Source: Lytechinus pictus (Eukaryota). From it: a stretch of 64,000 bases of DNA. The stretch lies in NCBI RefSeq assembly GCF_037042905.1, contig NC_087245.1, forward strand, positions 43,152,001 through 43,216,000. The letters are read 5' to 3'. The stretch's first letter is position 1. The number at the start of each line of letters is the position of its first letter. Below the pieces are notes generated by a model. The model was not told where the DNA came from, ran no database searches, and saw only the letters and a program-made list of their open reading frames with translations. Below are positions 38,156-50,193 of the stretch, piece by piece. The position numbers and the translations under genes are program-made.

Positions 38156-39392
38156 ATATATTGTGAGGTAGCCTCACCAACTGCATCAGGATTATCTCAT
38201 ATCAACCTGTACTGGTTCAAGAACTGCCTTGTTTATTTATTGCAACAGCTGAATGCAAAATTGTTTTTGAAAATATGCTTGTAAAAAAAAAGAGAAAATA
38301 GTATTGTGAACAAGTCAAACAAAAGGACAATATTTTAAAACTTGATTGGCCATTAGTTTTGGTCTCGACGTAAATGTTTTTTCTACAAAGTGCAGTAGTT
38401 GTACATACCTGCCAACTATTCAGATTTTTGAGCTTTCAAAGTAAAAATTCTGGATAGTTCAGATTTTTGAAAATCTTCATGATGGTTAATTCAATCATAA
38501 AGTTCAAAGATTTTATATATAAATTAATTGGAAAAAATCTCCATCTTTTCAATTTGATGATTTTAGACTATCAATGTTGGCAGTTATGGACTGGCATTGT
38601 GTATAGCTAAAACGTTTTGCTCTCTAAATGTGAAATGGTAAGTGGGCTCTCACTTTCTTGAGTAAATCATGGAAAAAAGTGAGAGCCAACTTTCAAGAAA
38701 GGAATAACAATTCCAAAAACAGTAAATACAGTTCCAAAAAGACTGAAACACTAAAAAGGAATTTTCATTCTTTAATGGCTTTGGATCAGGGAATTTTCTT
38801 TTTTTTTAAGTTGTCCAACATTTTATTGTGCTTTTGGAATGATTTTCAACTTTTAATGGAAAGTATTTTGATTCGTCAGGTTTGTAATAAATCATCAAAT
38901 TTGTTGTTTTTGTTTGACAAAAATGAATTGGTTTTGTCAAACAAAAACAACAAATTTGATATTGTTATTGAATTTGATGCAATTGTTGCATGGTACTGGT
39001 AACTGAATTTGATGTCAGGAAGTTAAACATTGCTGCTCTTAATGCCAGGGGCATATGCAGGTTTTTTTTTTTGGGGGGGGGGGTGGAGAAATTTTGGAAA
39101 TTGGACCTTTGCAAATATTTTCCCGAAATATACCACATGTATTTTTAATCATCGACCAAAAACAGCTGATAAGGGGGGAGGGGCGGCAATTTGACAACCC
39201 AATTTTTTTCAAACGTAAAAAAGGGCGATTGGTTAACGCGTACACACAAAAGTAGACCTTTAGCATTTTGCGAACGCACACCCCGCACCCCCTGCAATGC
39301 ATATGCCCCAGGTTTATGCAAAGTATTTTGACATTTTTAGTGAGTTTGATGTAGGCCCTAATTGTTCTAACTGAATTTGTTGCAATTGTTAA

Positions 39393-39996
39393 AGGTCAAG
39401 TCCACCCCAACAAAATGTTGATTTGAATCAATAGAGAAAAATCAGACAAGCACAATGTTGAAAATTTCATTAAAATCGGATGTAAAATAAAAAAGTTATG
39501 ACATTTCAAAGTTTTCGCTTATTTTTAACAAAATAGTTATATGAACGAGCCAGTTACATCCAAATTAGAGAGTCGATGATGTCACTCACTCACTATTTCT
39601 TTTGTTTTTTATTGTTTGAATTATACAATATTTCAATTTTTACGAATTTAAGGATTAGGACCTCCTTGCCTGAACCACAAAATGTTAAAATAATGGAATT
39701 CCACGTATTCAGGGAGGAATGAAACTTCATTTCACATGACAATGACGAGAAAATCTAAATATTTCATAATTCATATAATAAAATACAAAAGAAATAGTGA
39801 GTGAGTGATGTCATCAGTTCCCTCATTTGCATACCGACCGGGATGTGCGTATAACTCTTTTGTGAAATGAAGCGAAACCTTAAAATGTCATAACTTTCTT
39901 ATTTTACAGTCGATTTTGATGAAATTTTCAGTGTTATGCTTGTTGAATTTTTCTCTTTTTATTCGAATCAAGTATTTGTTGGGGTGGACTTGTCCT
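39393..39996. mobile_element. Kolobok-like MITE
   Basis: TTAA|AGGTCAAGTCCACCCCAAC ... GTTGGGGTGGACTTGTCCT|TTAA with an intact TTAA duplication. Confidence 0.85.
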
Positions 39997-40068
39997 TTAA
40001 CCAGTAGTGGTAACTGAAAAGAATTTGTTGTCAGGATGAAGATTGCCTGTTGCTCTTAAGAATATATC

Positions 40069-40650
40069 GAGGAGTTTTAGCTAATCTCCTTTGCAGCCTG
40101 CGTAACACTCATACTGTGACAGCAGGAGTCTCAATCAGACTGCGAAGGAGATTAGCTAAAACTCCTCTATATTTACTTTAATGCAGAATATTTTGACATT
40201 GCTAGATAATTTAATGTAGGCCCTAATTGTTGTAACTGAATTTGTTGCAATTGTTATACAGTAGTGGTAACTAATACAAAGAATCTGTTGTCGGGATGAA
40301 GATTGTTTGTTGCTCTTAAGGGTATATAGGAGTTTTAGTTTATCTCCTTTGCAGCCTGCTTGACAATCATACTGTGACAGCAGGAGTCTCAATCAGACTG
40401 CGAAGGAGATTAGCTAAAACTTCTCTATATCCTTAATGCAGAAAATTTTGACATTGTAGTGAATTTGATGTAGGCTAGGTTTGTAACTGAATTTGTTGCA
40501 ATGGTTATTACTTGTAATTGAAAAGAATTTGTTGTCAGGGTGAAGATTGTTTGTTGCTCTTTGAGGAGTTTTAGCTAATCTCCTTCGCAGTCTGCTTGAC
40601 ACTCATACTGTGATGGCAGAATTCTCAATCAGACTGCAAAAAAAATTAGC
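40069..40650. repeat. Three tandem ~250-bp units, each containing a ~100-bp hairpin
   Basis: GAGGAGTTTTAGCTAATCTCCTTTGCAGCCTG ... CAGACTGCGAAGGAGATTAGCTAAAACTCCTC at 40069-40167, repeated at ~40328 and ~40563. Confidence 0.75.
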
Positions 40651-40849
40651 ATCCTTAATGCAGAGTAATTTGACATTGCAGTGAATTTTAGTAAATATTT
40701 TATTAAATGTTACTTGCTGGCAAGTGTTGACTGGATCTGATGTGTTTTGAATTTGTTTCCTCAGGAATTTCGAGTTTCTATTAAAACTTACAAAAATATT
40801 AATTATCTGTATTTGTTTGTTTATTACAGGTGGGTGTTCTGACTATTAA

Positions 40850-41111
40850 ATGACAAATTAACGTCAAAATGCATTACAAATTGGTGAATGAAAAAAAAAC
40901 AAATTGAAAAATGCGAATGAGGAATTAAAATGTTGCAATGACAAACTTTGAAAAAGGTTTGTCAAATTGGACCACTTTTCATGACAAATTGAAATTCGTC
41001 ATGTTATGGTGCATAACAAATCTTTGGCATGACAAATTTATTAATTTGATAAATTAAACCACATGAATGACAAATTTATATTTGTCAATTGACAAAGTTA
41101 TCTTTTAAGTG
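40850..41111 (+). mobile_element. Subterminal repeats and right TIR of CACTA element E
   Basis: TGACAAA/TTTGTCA array ending GTTATCTTTTAAGTG (rc CACTTAAAAGATAAC). The next base enters a different transposase. Confidence 0.7.
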
Positions 41112-41674
41112 TATTTGTGCGGGGAGCACAATGTCCCCGTGAGGGAATGCATAGACATCATATCAGATGACCATAAGCATGACATCCATGCGGTCCATAC
41201 CTTCCTGGAGAGAGCTCGCCAGCATCTCCAGAAAGACAGCAGACACTTCATCAGAGAAATCCAATTCTCTGACGGATGCGCTGCCCAGTATAGATGCAAG
41301 AGCGCTTTATCGGACATCTGCGATAGTAACAAGATCGAGAGGCACTATCTAGGGGGCAGACACGGGAAAGGACCATGTGATGGCGAGGGAGGGGTCTTGA
41401 TATCTCTATGTGACCGTGCAGTAAAGAGTGGCAAACCATCATCAGGAATGGTAAGGAAATGGCAATGTACCTTGTGCAAATTCACCAAAAGGGACCCCGT
41501 GATCACAACGATGAATGCCAGCATTCAAGGGGGCGTGTGATCTACGTGAGTAGTCAGGAAATTGACAGAAAAAGACATGATGCTAAAGTACTCAAGACCG
41601 TCCAAGGCACGTTGAAAATTCACGTAGCCAAAGGAGTCGAGCCAGGGACTATCCAAACACGCAAAAACATGTAG
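41112..41674 (+). pseudogene. DDD/E transposase fragment, Sola2-like
   Basis: ISDDHKHD..AV, FSDGCAAQYRCK and HGKGPCDGEGG, then after a frameshift LKTVQGTLKIH. The 5' part is missing at the element E end. Confidence 0.65.
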
Positions 41675-41914
41675 AAAGGCCAAAGAATCAAAAGATTTTT
41701 GCTACAAGGCGGAAAATAAATATTCCAACCGCACGAAACGAGAGAGAACAGTCAGCAGAGATACAGATCAACGAATTTGCAGAAGAGACCATGAGAGAAA
41801 TAACAGAACAAGAAGACCTCGTTGAACTGACGGCAGAATCGGTTATGACAGAACTAGAGGGGACGAAAGAAGAAGGGATGGGGATCATACAAGAGAGTGG
41901 ACTGGAAGAAAGAG

Positions 41915-42560
41915 ACAAGGAAGTCCAAGAAACAGAGACAAAGATAGAAGAAGACATGGAGAAGACGATTGAAGAAGATATCGAAATAGAGAATAATGAG
42001 AGAACACAAGATACAAGGTCGGAAGGAGAAAGAGAGAAAGGAGTCCAAGAGACCCAAGAGATTGAGATGACGATTGAAGGAGGAGACATCGAAATAGAGA
42101 ACGAGGGAACACGCGATAGAAGGTCGGAAGGAGAAGGAGAGAAAGGAGTCCAAGAGACCCAAGAGATGGAGATGACGATTGAAGGAGGAGACATCGAAGT
42201 AGAGAGCAACGAGAGAGCACAAGATAGAAGGTCGGAAGGAGAAAGAAAGGAGTCCAAGAGACCGAAGAGATGGAGATGACGATTGAAGGAGACATCGAAG
42301 TAGAGAACAACGAGAGAACACACGATAGAAGGTCGGAAGGAGAAGGAGAGAAAGGAGTCCAAGAGACCCAAGAGATGGAGATGGCGATTGAAGGAGGAGA
42401 CATCGAAGTAGAGAATGAGAGAACACAAGATAGAAGGTCGGAAGGAGAAAGGAGTCCAAGAGACCCAAGAGATGGAGATGACGATTGAAGGAGGAGACAT
42501 CGAAGTAGAGAACATCGAGATAACACAAGATAGAAGATCGTAAGGAGAGAAAGGAGACCA
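41915..42560 (+). repeat. ~105-bp purine-rich tandem repeat (~6 units) encoding a Glu-rich 35-aa unit
   Basis: GAGTCCAAGAGAC anchors at 42041, 42146, 42250, 42355 and 42452. Peptide GVQETQEMEMTIEGGDIEVENERTQDRRSEGE. Confidence 0.9.
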
Positions 42561-43019
42561 GCATAGGAAATATTTGGGAGAGATGGGAATCAAGGAACCC
42601 GCAAAAGTACCAACAAGGGAATTATGTCGAAGTGACGTTTACAGCAAATCGCAAAGTCAAGACGTATGTCGAACTCGTGAGTTTGGAAAACGTCGCTTGG
42701 ACGCTAATTTCTTCATTGGATAACAATATTTCCATTTTACTTTGCTTCGTTTGTTTCCCTACAGATTTGCTTTGACTGCCTTTGAACCTCCGTTAATCAG
42801 TTAATAAGACATTTCGTTGTTGATGTTTTTAAAATGTATTTTTTTTTCTTTCATTAATGTCACACGTTTCTTTAATATATTTAATATAAGTTTAGATTTA
42901 TGCTTTGTCTTCTTTTCCTTGATAAAAATAAAGTTATTTGAGTAATTAACTTTTTAATATCTCCTTATTGTATATTTTCTGATCAGTCTACTTTTTATTT
43001 TAACTGAGAATAATCAAAG

Positions 43020-43280
43020 TGTTTGAATACACTCTAAATTTAAAAGACTTAAATTATAAAACTTAGGAGGGACTTGAAATAATTCAAGTCTCATGGACTT
43101 ATTTTAACACAAGCTACGGTAAATCCTAGGACACTTATGAAATTCAAGTCTTTGAAGACTTATTTCGCTAGCTACGATTTGTATATTTTGACAAACCGCC
43201 AAAATGTTAAACCTTTCGAAAGACTTAAACTTTGAACCAATCAGGTTATGAGGATGCGCATGCACGTGACACAGAACCTC
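43020..43280 (+). mobile_element. Candidate right end of the Sola2-like element
   Basis: AAGACTT/TTCAAGTC subterminal motifs, then GTGACACAGAACCTC (rc GAGGTTCTGTGTCAC, a GRG-type terminus). Confidence 0.4.
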
Positions 43281-45888
43281 GGGTCCTGCAGCCAGTTTTT
43301 ATTTCGTTTCCTGTCTCTGACTTGGAGTTGTCGCCGAGCTAGGATATGATGGAGAACTTTTTAAAGGAAAATGGGCTGGATGGAACTGTATTGGAGACAT
43401 TGAAAGGTATTTTACATTTAAGTTTATATAGGACGATTTTAACTTATTTTTTCGGTGATTTAGAGTAGATTTATACTTGAAATTCTGCTGTATGTTCTGA
43501 GCCCGCCTCCCAGAAAAAGCAGACCCGGGGTCATGCATAGATGGCAGTGGGGCGGCGATATTTTTATATTTGCCAAAATAGCTGTGGTAGAGTTCTAAAT
43601 TGTACCCCTTTTTGGGCCAAAATAATTTTCGTGTCCAATAAGTTTCTTCCACTCAGACGGCTAAGCAAACAACTTGACATAAGAGGTAGTTTGTTGGCTG
43701 AAATATATTTGTTTAAATGTGTGGATTTCTACTTTAAATCAAACTACCAGTTAGGCCGAGGCAATGTTTTCGTAAAACGCGCACTCCGACTAACGTTAGC
43801 CATGCCATCTTGCCCGAGTCCGGAAGTTGGAGGCACGCAACACGGGCACCGGCCGCCGTGCCGGTGACGGTCTGTGTGATACTGTGAAAGTAGCATTAGA
43901 GTCTAGAGTGTCTGAAGAAAAACATTATTTTGCCTCATGATCATTGATGTTCAATTTTTTTCTGGAATTAGAAACGAATCACCTTCAAAATATGGGGTGC
44001 CCGAACTTCGGACACTTTTCAGCTCTCATTATCAGATTGCTGTAACAGTATACTTCACATTTTTGTCAGATTTTGTCACTTTTATGATTGTTCCTAGTGA
44101 TGCAAACAATATATTGTTCCTCATGTAGAGAATTGCGTATGCATACAGTAACGAGCGTTTTTCTCCTATCCTAATTTGGACCTGCGTGAAGTTTGGACAT
44201 CCGCCCCTAGATCTAAATAGAGTAAGCCTCCCATGATACATACACCTAAGGCTAAGCCCTTTTTGCATTAATTTGATAATTAGAAATGCATCAGCTAAGG
44301 TTTCTGGCATGTAGCATCTAAAGACAATGTAGATCTATAAAAACCTGTGATATTCAAAATATTTTGATAAACATCTATGCCTAATAAACGTTAAACTTAT
44401 TTTGGATAAAAATCTTGGATTTAATTGTAAGACCCTCTTTTTTGCCATGATTCATACAGCCACAGGTAAGCCATGAATTCATACGGCGTGTTAAAGTATA
44501 TTGCTCACAAAAGCCCCAGAAATCTGACCACTCTGCTCACAGCCAGAATTCTGGGGAGGGTAACCTGCATGTCTGCCTGTACGAATCATGGAGGAGTGAT
44601 CCTGTAAGTGACCAAATTTAGATGTCTCAAAACAGATATATTTCTCATCAATTTTCAATCACCAATCTGTTTGAGTGTCTCTTTACATGTAGACTTCTTT
44701 GCTTAAGATTTTTTAAATGGAAATTTTTAAATTCATATTAAATTATTGGCAACCATGTTTTTTAGAACAAATTTAAGCTTCACTGGGCTTTCAAAATGCA
44801 TAAATTTTAACAGTAAAATTCCACTTTTTAAAAGTTTAATTTCAGGAGATTTACTGAATAATATTTTAATGTAAAGCTGTATTCATATTTTCAAATGAAA
44901 ATGCTGATGTATTTGTAGTTTTGTGATTTTATCTTGAAATTAGTGCTACTGTACGAATCATAGCAGGTGTGTGAATCTTGGCTGGTTTACTCTGTAATTT
45001 TCTTCTTATTTTTTGAAGAAAAAAAAAATCGAAAAAATTGCTGAGAAATAAGAATAGGGACCATTTTTCAGATTTTCTCTTCCATAGGCTATGTAGTTAA
45101 GTAATGGTACCCACAGAAATTCAAATTTTGGTATAAAATGCCAAAATATGAGTTTATTATTGTTCATGAAACATCTATAACGTGCTTGAAATGGCAAATA
45201 GGAAATGTTTCACTCTTTCCAAATTCCAATAATGGGTTTTTTTCCTTGGTTTGAATCTCGGATCATAGACCTGGGCTCGATTTCACTAACATTGCCGAAC
45301 GATTAATCGCCCAACCCATCGCTCGCACGCAACTCATCGCGGCTGCATTTATAGTTGGTTCATAGGATTTCACAAAACCCATCGCAGCCGCGATGCGTTT
45401 TTAAGGAAAAAACAATTCTTGAACGAGGATGGGGTCAAAACGCATCGCAAGCAGCGCACATTTACCCGCGGGTTTTTTTCTTGTAATTAATTATACCGAG
45501 ATTCTAATGTTAATTAACTCTCAAAAAGATTGCAGTTATGGATGGACAGACTCCTACCAAGGACTAGGTAAATAAGTTTGGTTAATTCATAAAAAGATTG
45601 CTCACTACCAAATTGACAGGTGATTTTCTATTTTTTGTAACAATTTCAGAGGCGTAATTAACAAAGAAGTACCGGTATTTAGATCTAGACTCGAACTTTT
45701 TTTGTCATGATAGAAGATTGTCCGTTAGCTCAACGTGAATCGCTATCTGCAGTAGATGTAAAGTTAGACGTATAATCTAACGTTAGACTCTAGTTCTAGA
45801 TCTAGAGTCTAGATCAAGCCGCAAGGCCGGCCATATCTAACGTTAGATCTAACGTTATAGATGTAACGTTAGTTCTCTTCGTTATTAA

Positions 45889-46653
45889 CCCTAATTCTCC
45901 CGGGGGGGGGGCCATAATGGCCCCCCCCTCGACAATTTTCGCGATTTATCTGCTGCGCAAAATTTTTCGACCTCGCCCCTCTCTGACTTTTTACTTTCAA
46001 GTCTCGCGCAAATTTTGAGACCAAATTTGTGACGCCCGGGTACGCGGTTACGACATTACGCAACATTATGTAAGTGCATGTCAGACCCAAAATTGCTCAT
46101 AAACGTGATTTCATGTACAAATCCAATACAAATTGTGTATTTAGCCAAAATTCATATATGTATCATTATTTCTACTTTTACTGATTAAACTTAATTAATT
46201 TTGACTTGTTTATGATCAGAATTAAGTCTGGAATGATTTCTATTGAAAAAACAATAAAAAACAAAAAGTAAAAAAAACAAAGAAATACATAAGAAATTCA
46301 TAAAACAATAAAATACATAAGAAATTGATTTCCGAACTGAAGTTTTTTTAATTCAGATCGTTAAGAATGCTACAGAGAATATTTTTACCAAAAATTAGCA
46401 TTCTAGGAGCTTTATTTAGTAAATTAGAGCAAAAAGTATGATTTATGCATAAATTAGCATAATTAATTCATATAAAATAAAATCTCATTATTTTGGAAAA
46501 TTTTACCATACAGCCTTGTAGATTACATCACACACTACCAGCGTGCAAATTTTTGCGTCGCTAGCGCGATCCGCGGCCGAGATCTTAAGGGGGGGGCCAT
46601 AATGGCCCCCCCCCGGGAATGACAAGAATCAAAATACCCCGGGAGATTTAGGG
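45889..46653. mobile_element. piggyBac-like MITE
   Basis: TTAA|CCCTAATTCTCCCGGGG ... CCCCGGGAGATTTAGGG|TTAA, with the internal palindromic GGGGGGCCATAATGGCCCCCC motif near both ends. Confidence 0.8.
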
Positions 46654-47094
46654 TTAAAACACGATGAGAAAAGCCAAATGAAGATAGGAAACATAGAATA
46701 GGATCTAGATCTATAAAAGTATAAAAGACTATAGGCCCTAGATCTAGTCAAGATCTAGGCCCAAGTTCTAGTAGGAAACTAGGAATAGGATTAGGATGGG
46801 GGTTGGGTGTCCGTACACTTAACAAAAATGACGCCTTGTTTTTAATCCCAGGAATAAGCAAAAAAATATGGTTTGAATAGTGATTATCACCATCAATATT
46901 TGTTCTCTAGATCTATAATGTTTTTTACATTCTGTGTTAAAGAAATCAAAGGCATTGCTTGTAAACTTTTCAAAATTGAGAGTAAAAAATAATGTGTCCG
47001 GACACACAACCCGTCCGGACACACAACCACTGGGTAGATATAAGTTAGAGGTCGATGTAACGTTAGATCTAACATTAGTTAGATTTTTGTAGAG

Positions 47095-47329
47095 TCACAA
47101 ACGGACTCTGAGCTTGTCGTGACAGTCAGAAAAATAGCCATTGGTAGTGTTGTATATTGCGTTGGTTCTTGTGTTGTAGTTGGTCTTGATGAACATGAGA
47201 TGTATACATTCGGAGAGGTAACCTATACATTTGAGTTTGGGGGAGAGAATTTCCTTCGTTGCAAAACTATGAGAGCAGAATATGAGAGACACTATCACGC
47301 CTATAGCATGCAAGAAACTGGTGACTTTA
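47095..47329 (+). pseudogene. C-terminal fragment of a third CACTA transposase (element X)
   Basis: YCVGSCVVVG...FGEVT...YERHYHAYSM parallels FRPGVLVLT...FYEHFGAYAV (A) and YHHRHLQAYAV (Y). Cut off by the TIR at 47330. Confidence 0.55.
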
Positions 47330-47710
47330 CACTGCAAAAAATATGGGGTAAATTTGTTGTTGGTCAAATATCTTTACAAAATAATTGGACATAAGTTGAC
47401 CAATAATTTGATGATATATTGTATTTGTTTACGTTTCCAACTGTTGGGGTTTTGAATACCGTGATGTGGTAATTTTTCCTGTTTAATTGGGCAAAGCACA
47501 AGTGCTTATCCAACTATTTAGCAAATCGTGTCTACAAGATATCGCCCCGGCCGCGCCGTGCCATTTTAATTGCACGAGCATAATACTGTACATGCATGCT
47601 CGCAGCGCACCGTACCGGCACCGTATGCGCGTACCGTGCATGCATGCGAGACTAGACTGCCATCTGCGTCTAGATCAAGAGTAAACAACCAGGAACAAGA
47701 AAAGTCATAT

Positions 47711-49049
47711 ATGGACCAGCTTCTTATCAGTTGGGGCCTAAGAGGGCTGCAAGATATCTTCAAAGGTACCTATCTAATAATCAACTTGTATATAAAAAGG
47801 TTGTTTAAACGAATTTGAACTTGAAGTCTCGAGAATTTGATTGAGAGTTTAACCTATAAAACCGCAGTGTGTTGACTGCATGGCTGTGCCTGGCTCAGTT
47901 TCATATAAGGCCAGAGTAGATCTAACTTAGAAATCGCAAGTTGTAAGATTTGCCATCGAGGCTTTGAGTTACGATTAAAATGACCTATTGATTGTATGAT
48001 TGATATCAATCGTAGCTCAATGATTAATGGTAAATCGTGTACTTTAATAGGTGTAGAATCTAGCCTGTAGAGAAGTTGTGTGAAACGAGGCCCTGGGCCT
48101 GGCTGGCTATATAGCTGAGACTGCAGCCTTTGCACCCCAGGCCAGCCGGCCAGGCCTTGTAATTGCCTTGCAAAGCTTGGTAGCTTTAGTTTTTTATTCA
48201 GCTATTGCCGTTTTTAAAGTATGGTTAGTGGATTGTAAATGTATATATATCATTGAGGAATGTATATCTTTGACTGATATTATATTACTAGATCTGTCTC
48301 TTCCTCGGGGGCTTCTCATTTTACGGTATTGACATTCGTCGTCAGCTCCCCTTGTTAGAGACAGAATCACAGATGTCTTTCGATCCACACGCCAGTCAAG
48401 CGAGTCAAGCAGAGTGTGAGTAGGTTAATTCGCACTGAAGATTGCCTCAATATTGCCTTACCAATTTTTAGGAAAGGCAATTTCTCTCCCCACCGCTGTG
48501 AAAAGCATCAACATATGATATCTGATATATTGCACTTTAAAATAATCATTACACATAACAGCAGTGGCGGATCCAGGATTTCATGACGGGGGGGGGGGGC
48601 AGATCGCCGATTCTCAGATTTTGGTAGACCCCGGCCGAATTGGGGTTAAAATCGGGCCGCTCGAAAGTGCTCTCAGTGGGGGGGGGGGGGGGGTAGGGCA
48701 TGAATTTTTTTTGCCCTTTGGCCGTCAAAAAAACTACACACAATATTTTTTATGGTCATAATCCGGCCGGATGAAAGTGCTCTCAGTGGGGGGGGGGGGT
48801 GGTATTATAAGCATTACAAAAATTTCAAGCCAACAAACGCATAAAAAAATATGCATTCTCCAAAACGATTTTTTTTTTGGGGGGGTGGGGGCCGGGCCCG
48901 TCCGCCCCCCCCCCCCTGAATCCGCACCTGAACAGCTAGAATTAAGTCAACATTCATTTTTAGTAGACCTGTCTAATAAATGAAATATTACCAAAATCAC
49001 ATCGTCTTGCTTTCTTTCACAGAAAATGGGATAGACCTTGAAGCAGCTG
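47711..49049 (+). pseudogene. SAM-domain exons 1-2 of element Y, exon 2 disrupted by element Z
   Basis: Exon 47711-47765 MDQLLISWGLRGLQDIFK (phase 1) and exon from 49023 (E)NGIDLEAA. Same intron position as gene A. Confidence 0.7.
48562..48930. mobile_element. G/C-run-rich MITE
   Basis: TIR CAGTGGCGGATCCAGG / CCTGAATCCGCACCTG, with AACAG on both flanks. Confidence 0.7.
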
Positions 49050-50193
49050 CACTGAAAACTTTTCCGAGTCCGAGATGGGTCAGTCGACTCACTTGCAGTG
49101 AGTAATTTGCTTTGACACATTTATACGCGTCCATTTACACAATCCCCGACAGCAGCGACCCACGCGTGATGAGTCATTCTATAATTAACCGGCAGAAACG
49201 ACCCATGTGTGGCGAGACCAGGCGAGTCGATACATTTGTCTGTGAGTTTCTTGACTCATTCAAAAACCAAAGTGAGTCACACATACGATGCAGAATTGTG
49301 ATTGGTCAAAAGTAAAAAATGTGGATGCGCGCGCACGCACGTCGCGTCGTCGATATGCATCCGGTGGACATTTTGAACCATACATGGCTGACCAGACAGA
49401 GGAAGGATCTGGCATTCTGGGCGGGAGTTTAAACAGGTAAATTCTACATTTTAAGAGTCTATGTTTATATGAATAGGGAATGCGAATGCATCAGCAAATT
49501 CCAGTTAGTCCGTTAGGTACAAAATGTAATTTTCATGACAAGTATTTTTCTTTAGAAAACCTTGTCACTTGTGCTTCGACTATAGTTTGTAACTGTAAGT
49601 TTAACTTTTCGCGGGTCTATATACACGCGCTACTCCTAATGCATATGGAGCCCAAATAATGCATTCACTTAACAAGCCACAAAAGGCACCGTGACTACAC
49701 AAACGTGTTTGAGTTCAAACTTCAAAATACTTCATTTTACGGCTGGAGAAAGCCAGAAGCAGCCAAGGTGTCAAAAAGTATGATTGAAATTAAGCTAATC
49801 AGTGTAGGCCTAGACTTTGTTTAAGACCTAACGTTAAATGTAAGTTAGGCCAAGTTCTAAGTAGATCTAGGGCTAGGCCTAGCCTACATGCATAATTTCT
49901 CGTGATACTCACAACCGGACCGCCAGATACATGTACATGATGTATCATGTATGTACTTTAGCTAGCGCCGGCGCCTATAGACCTACATGTATGATGTGTC
50001 ATGTGTGCTTGATAGTACACATGGTCTAGATCTACACACACACACACACACACACCCTCACCCACAGACAGAGCCCAGTGCATGTGTGTATAGTGTGCGC
50101 ATATTAGCAAATTGGTAGGCAGGAGAGTCAATTCTCAAGCAGGGTAGAGTAATTCAGTCACTTGTAAAGATAATCCAAAAAAAAAGATAAGAT

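Noticed and set aside
41688-42593. Long minus-strand ORFs (301, 236 and 213 aa)
   Set aside because: Antisense shadows of the purine-rich tandem repeat, which lacks stops on that strand.
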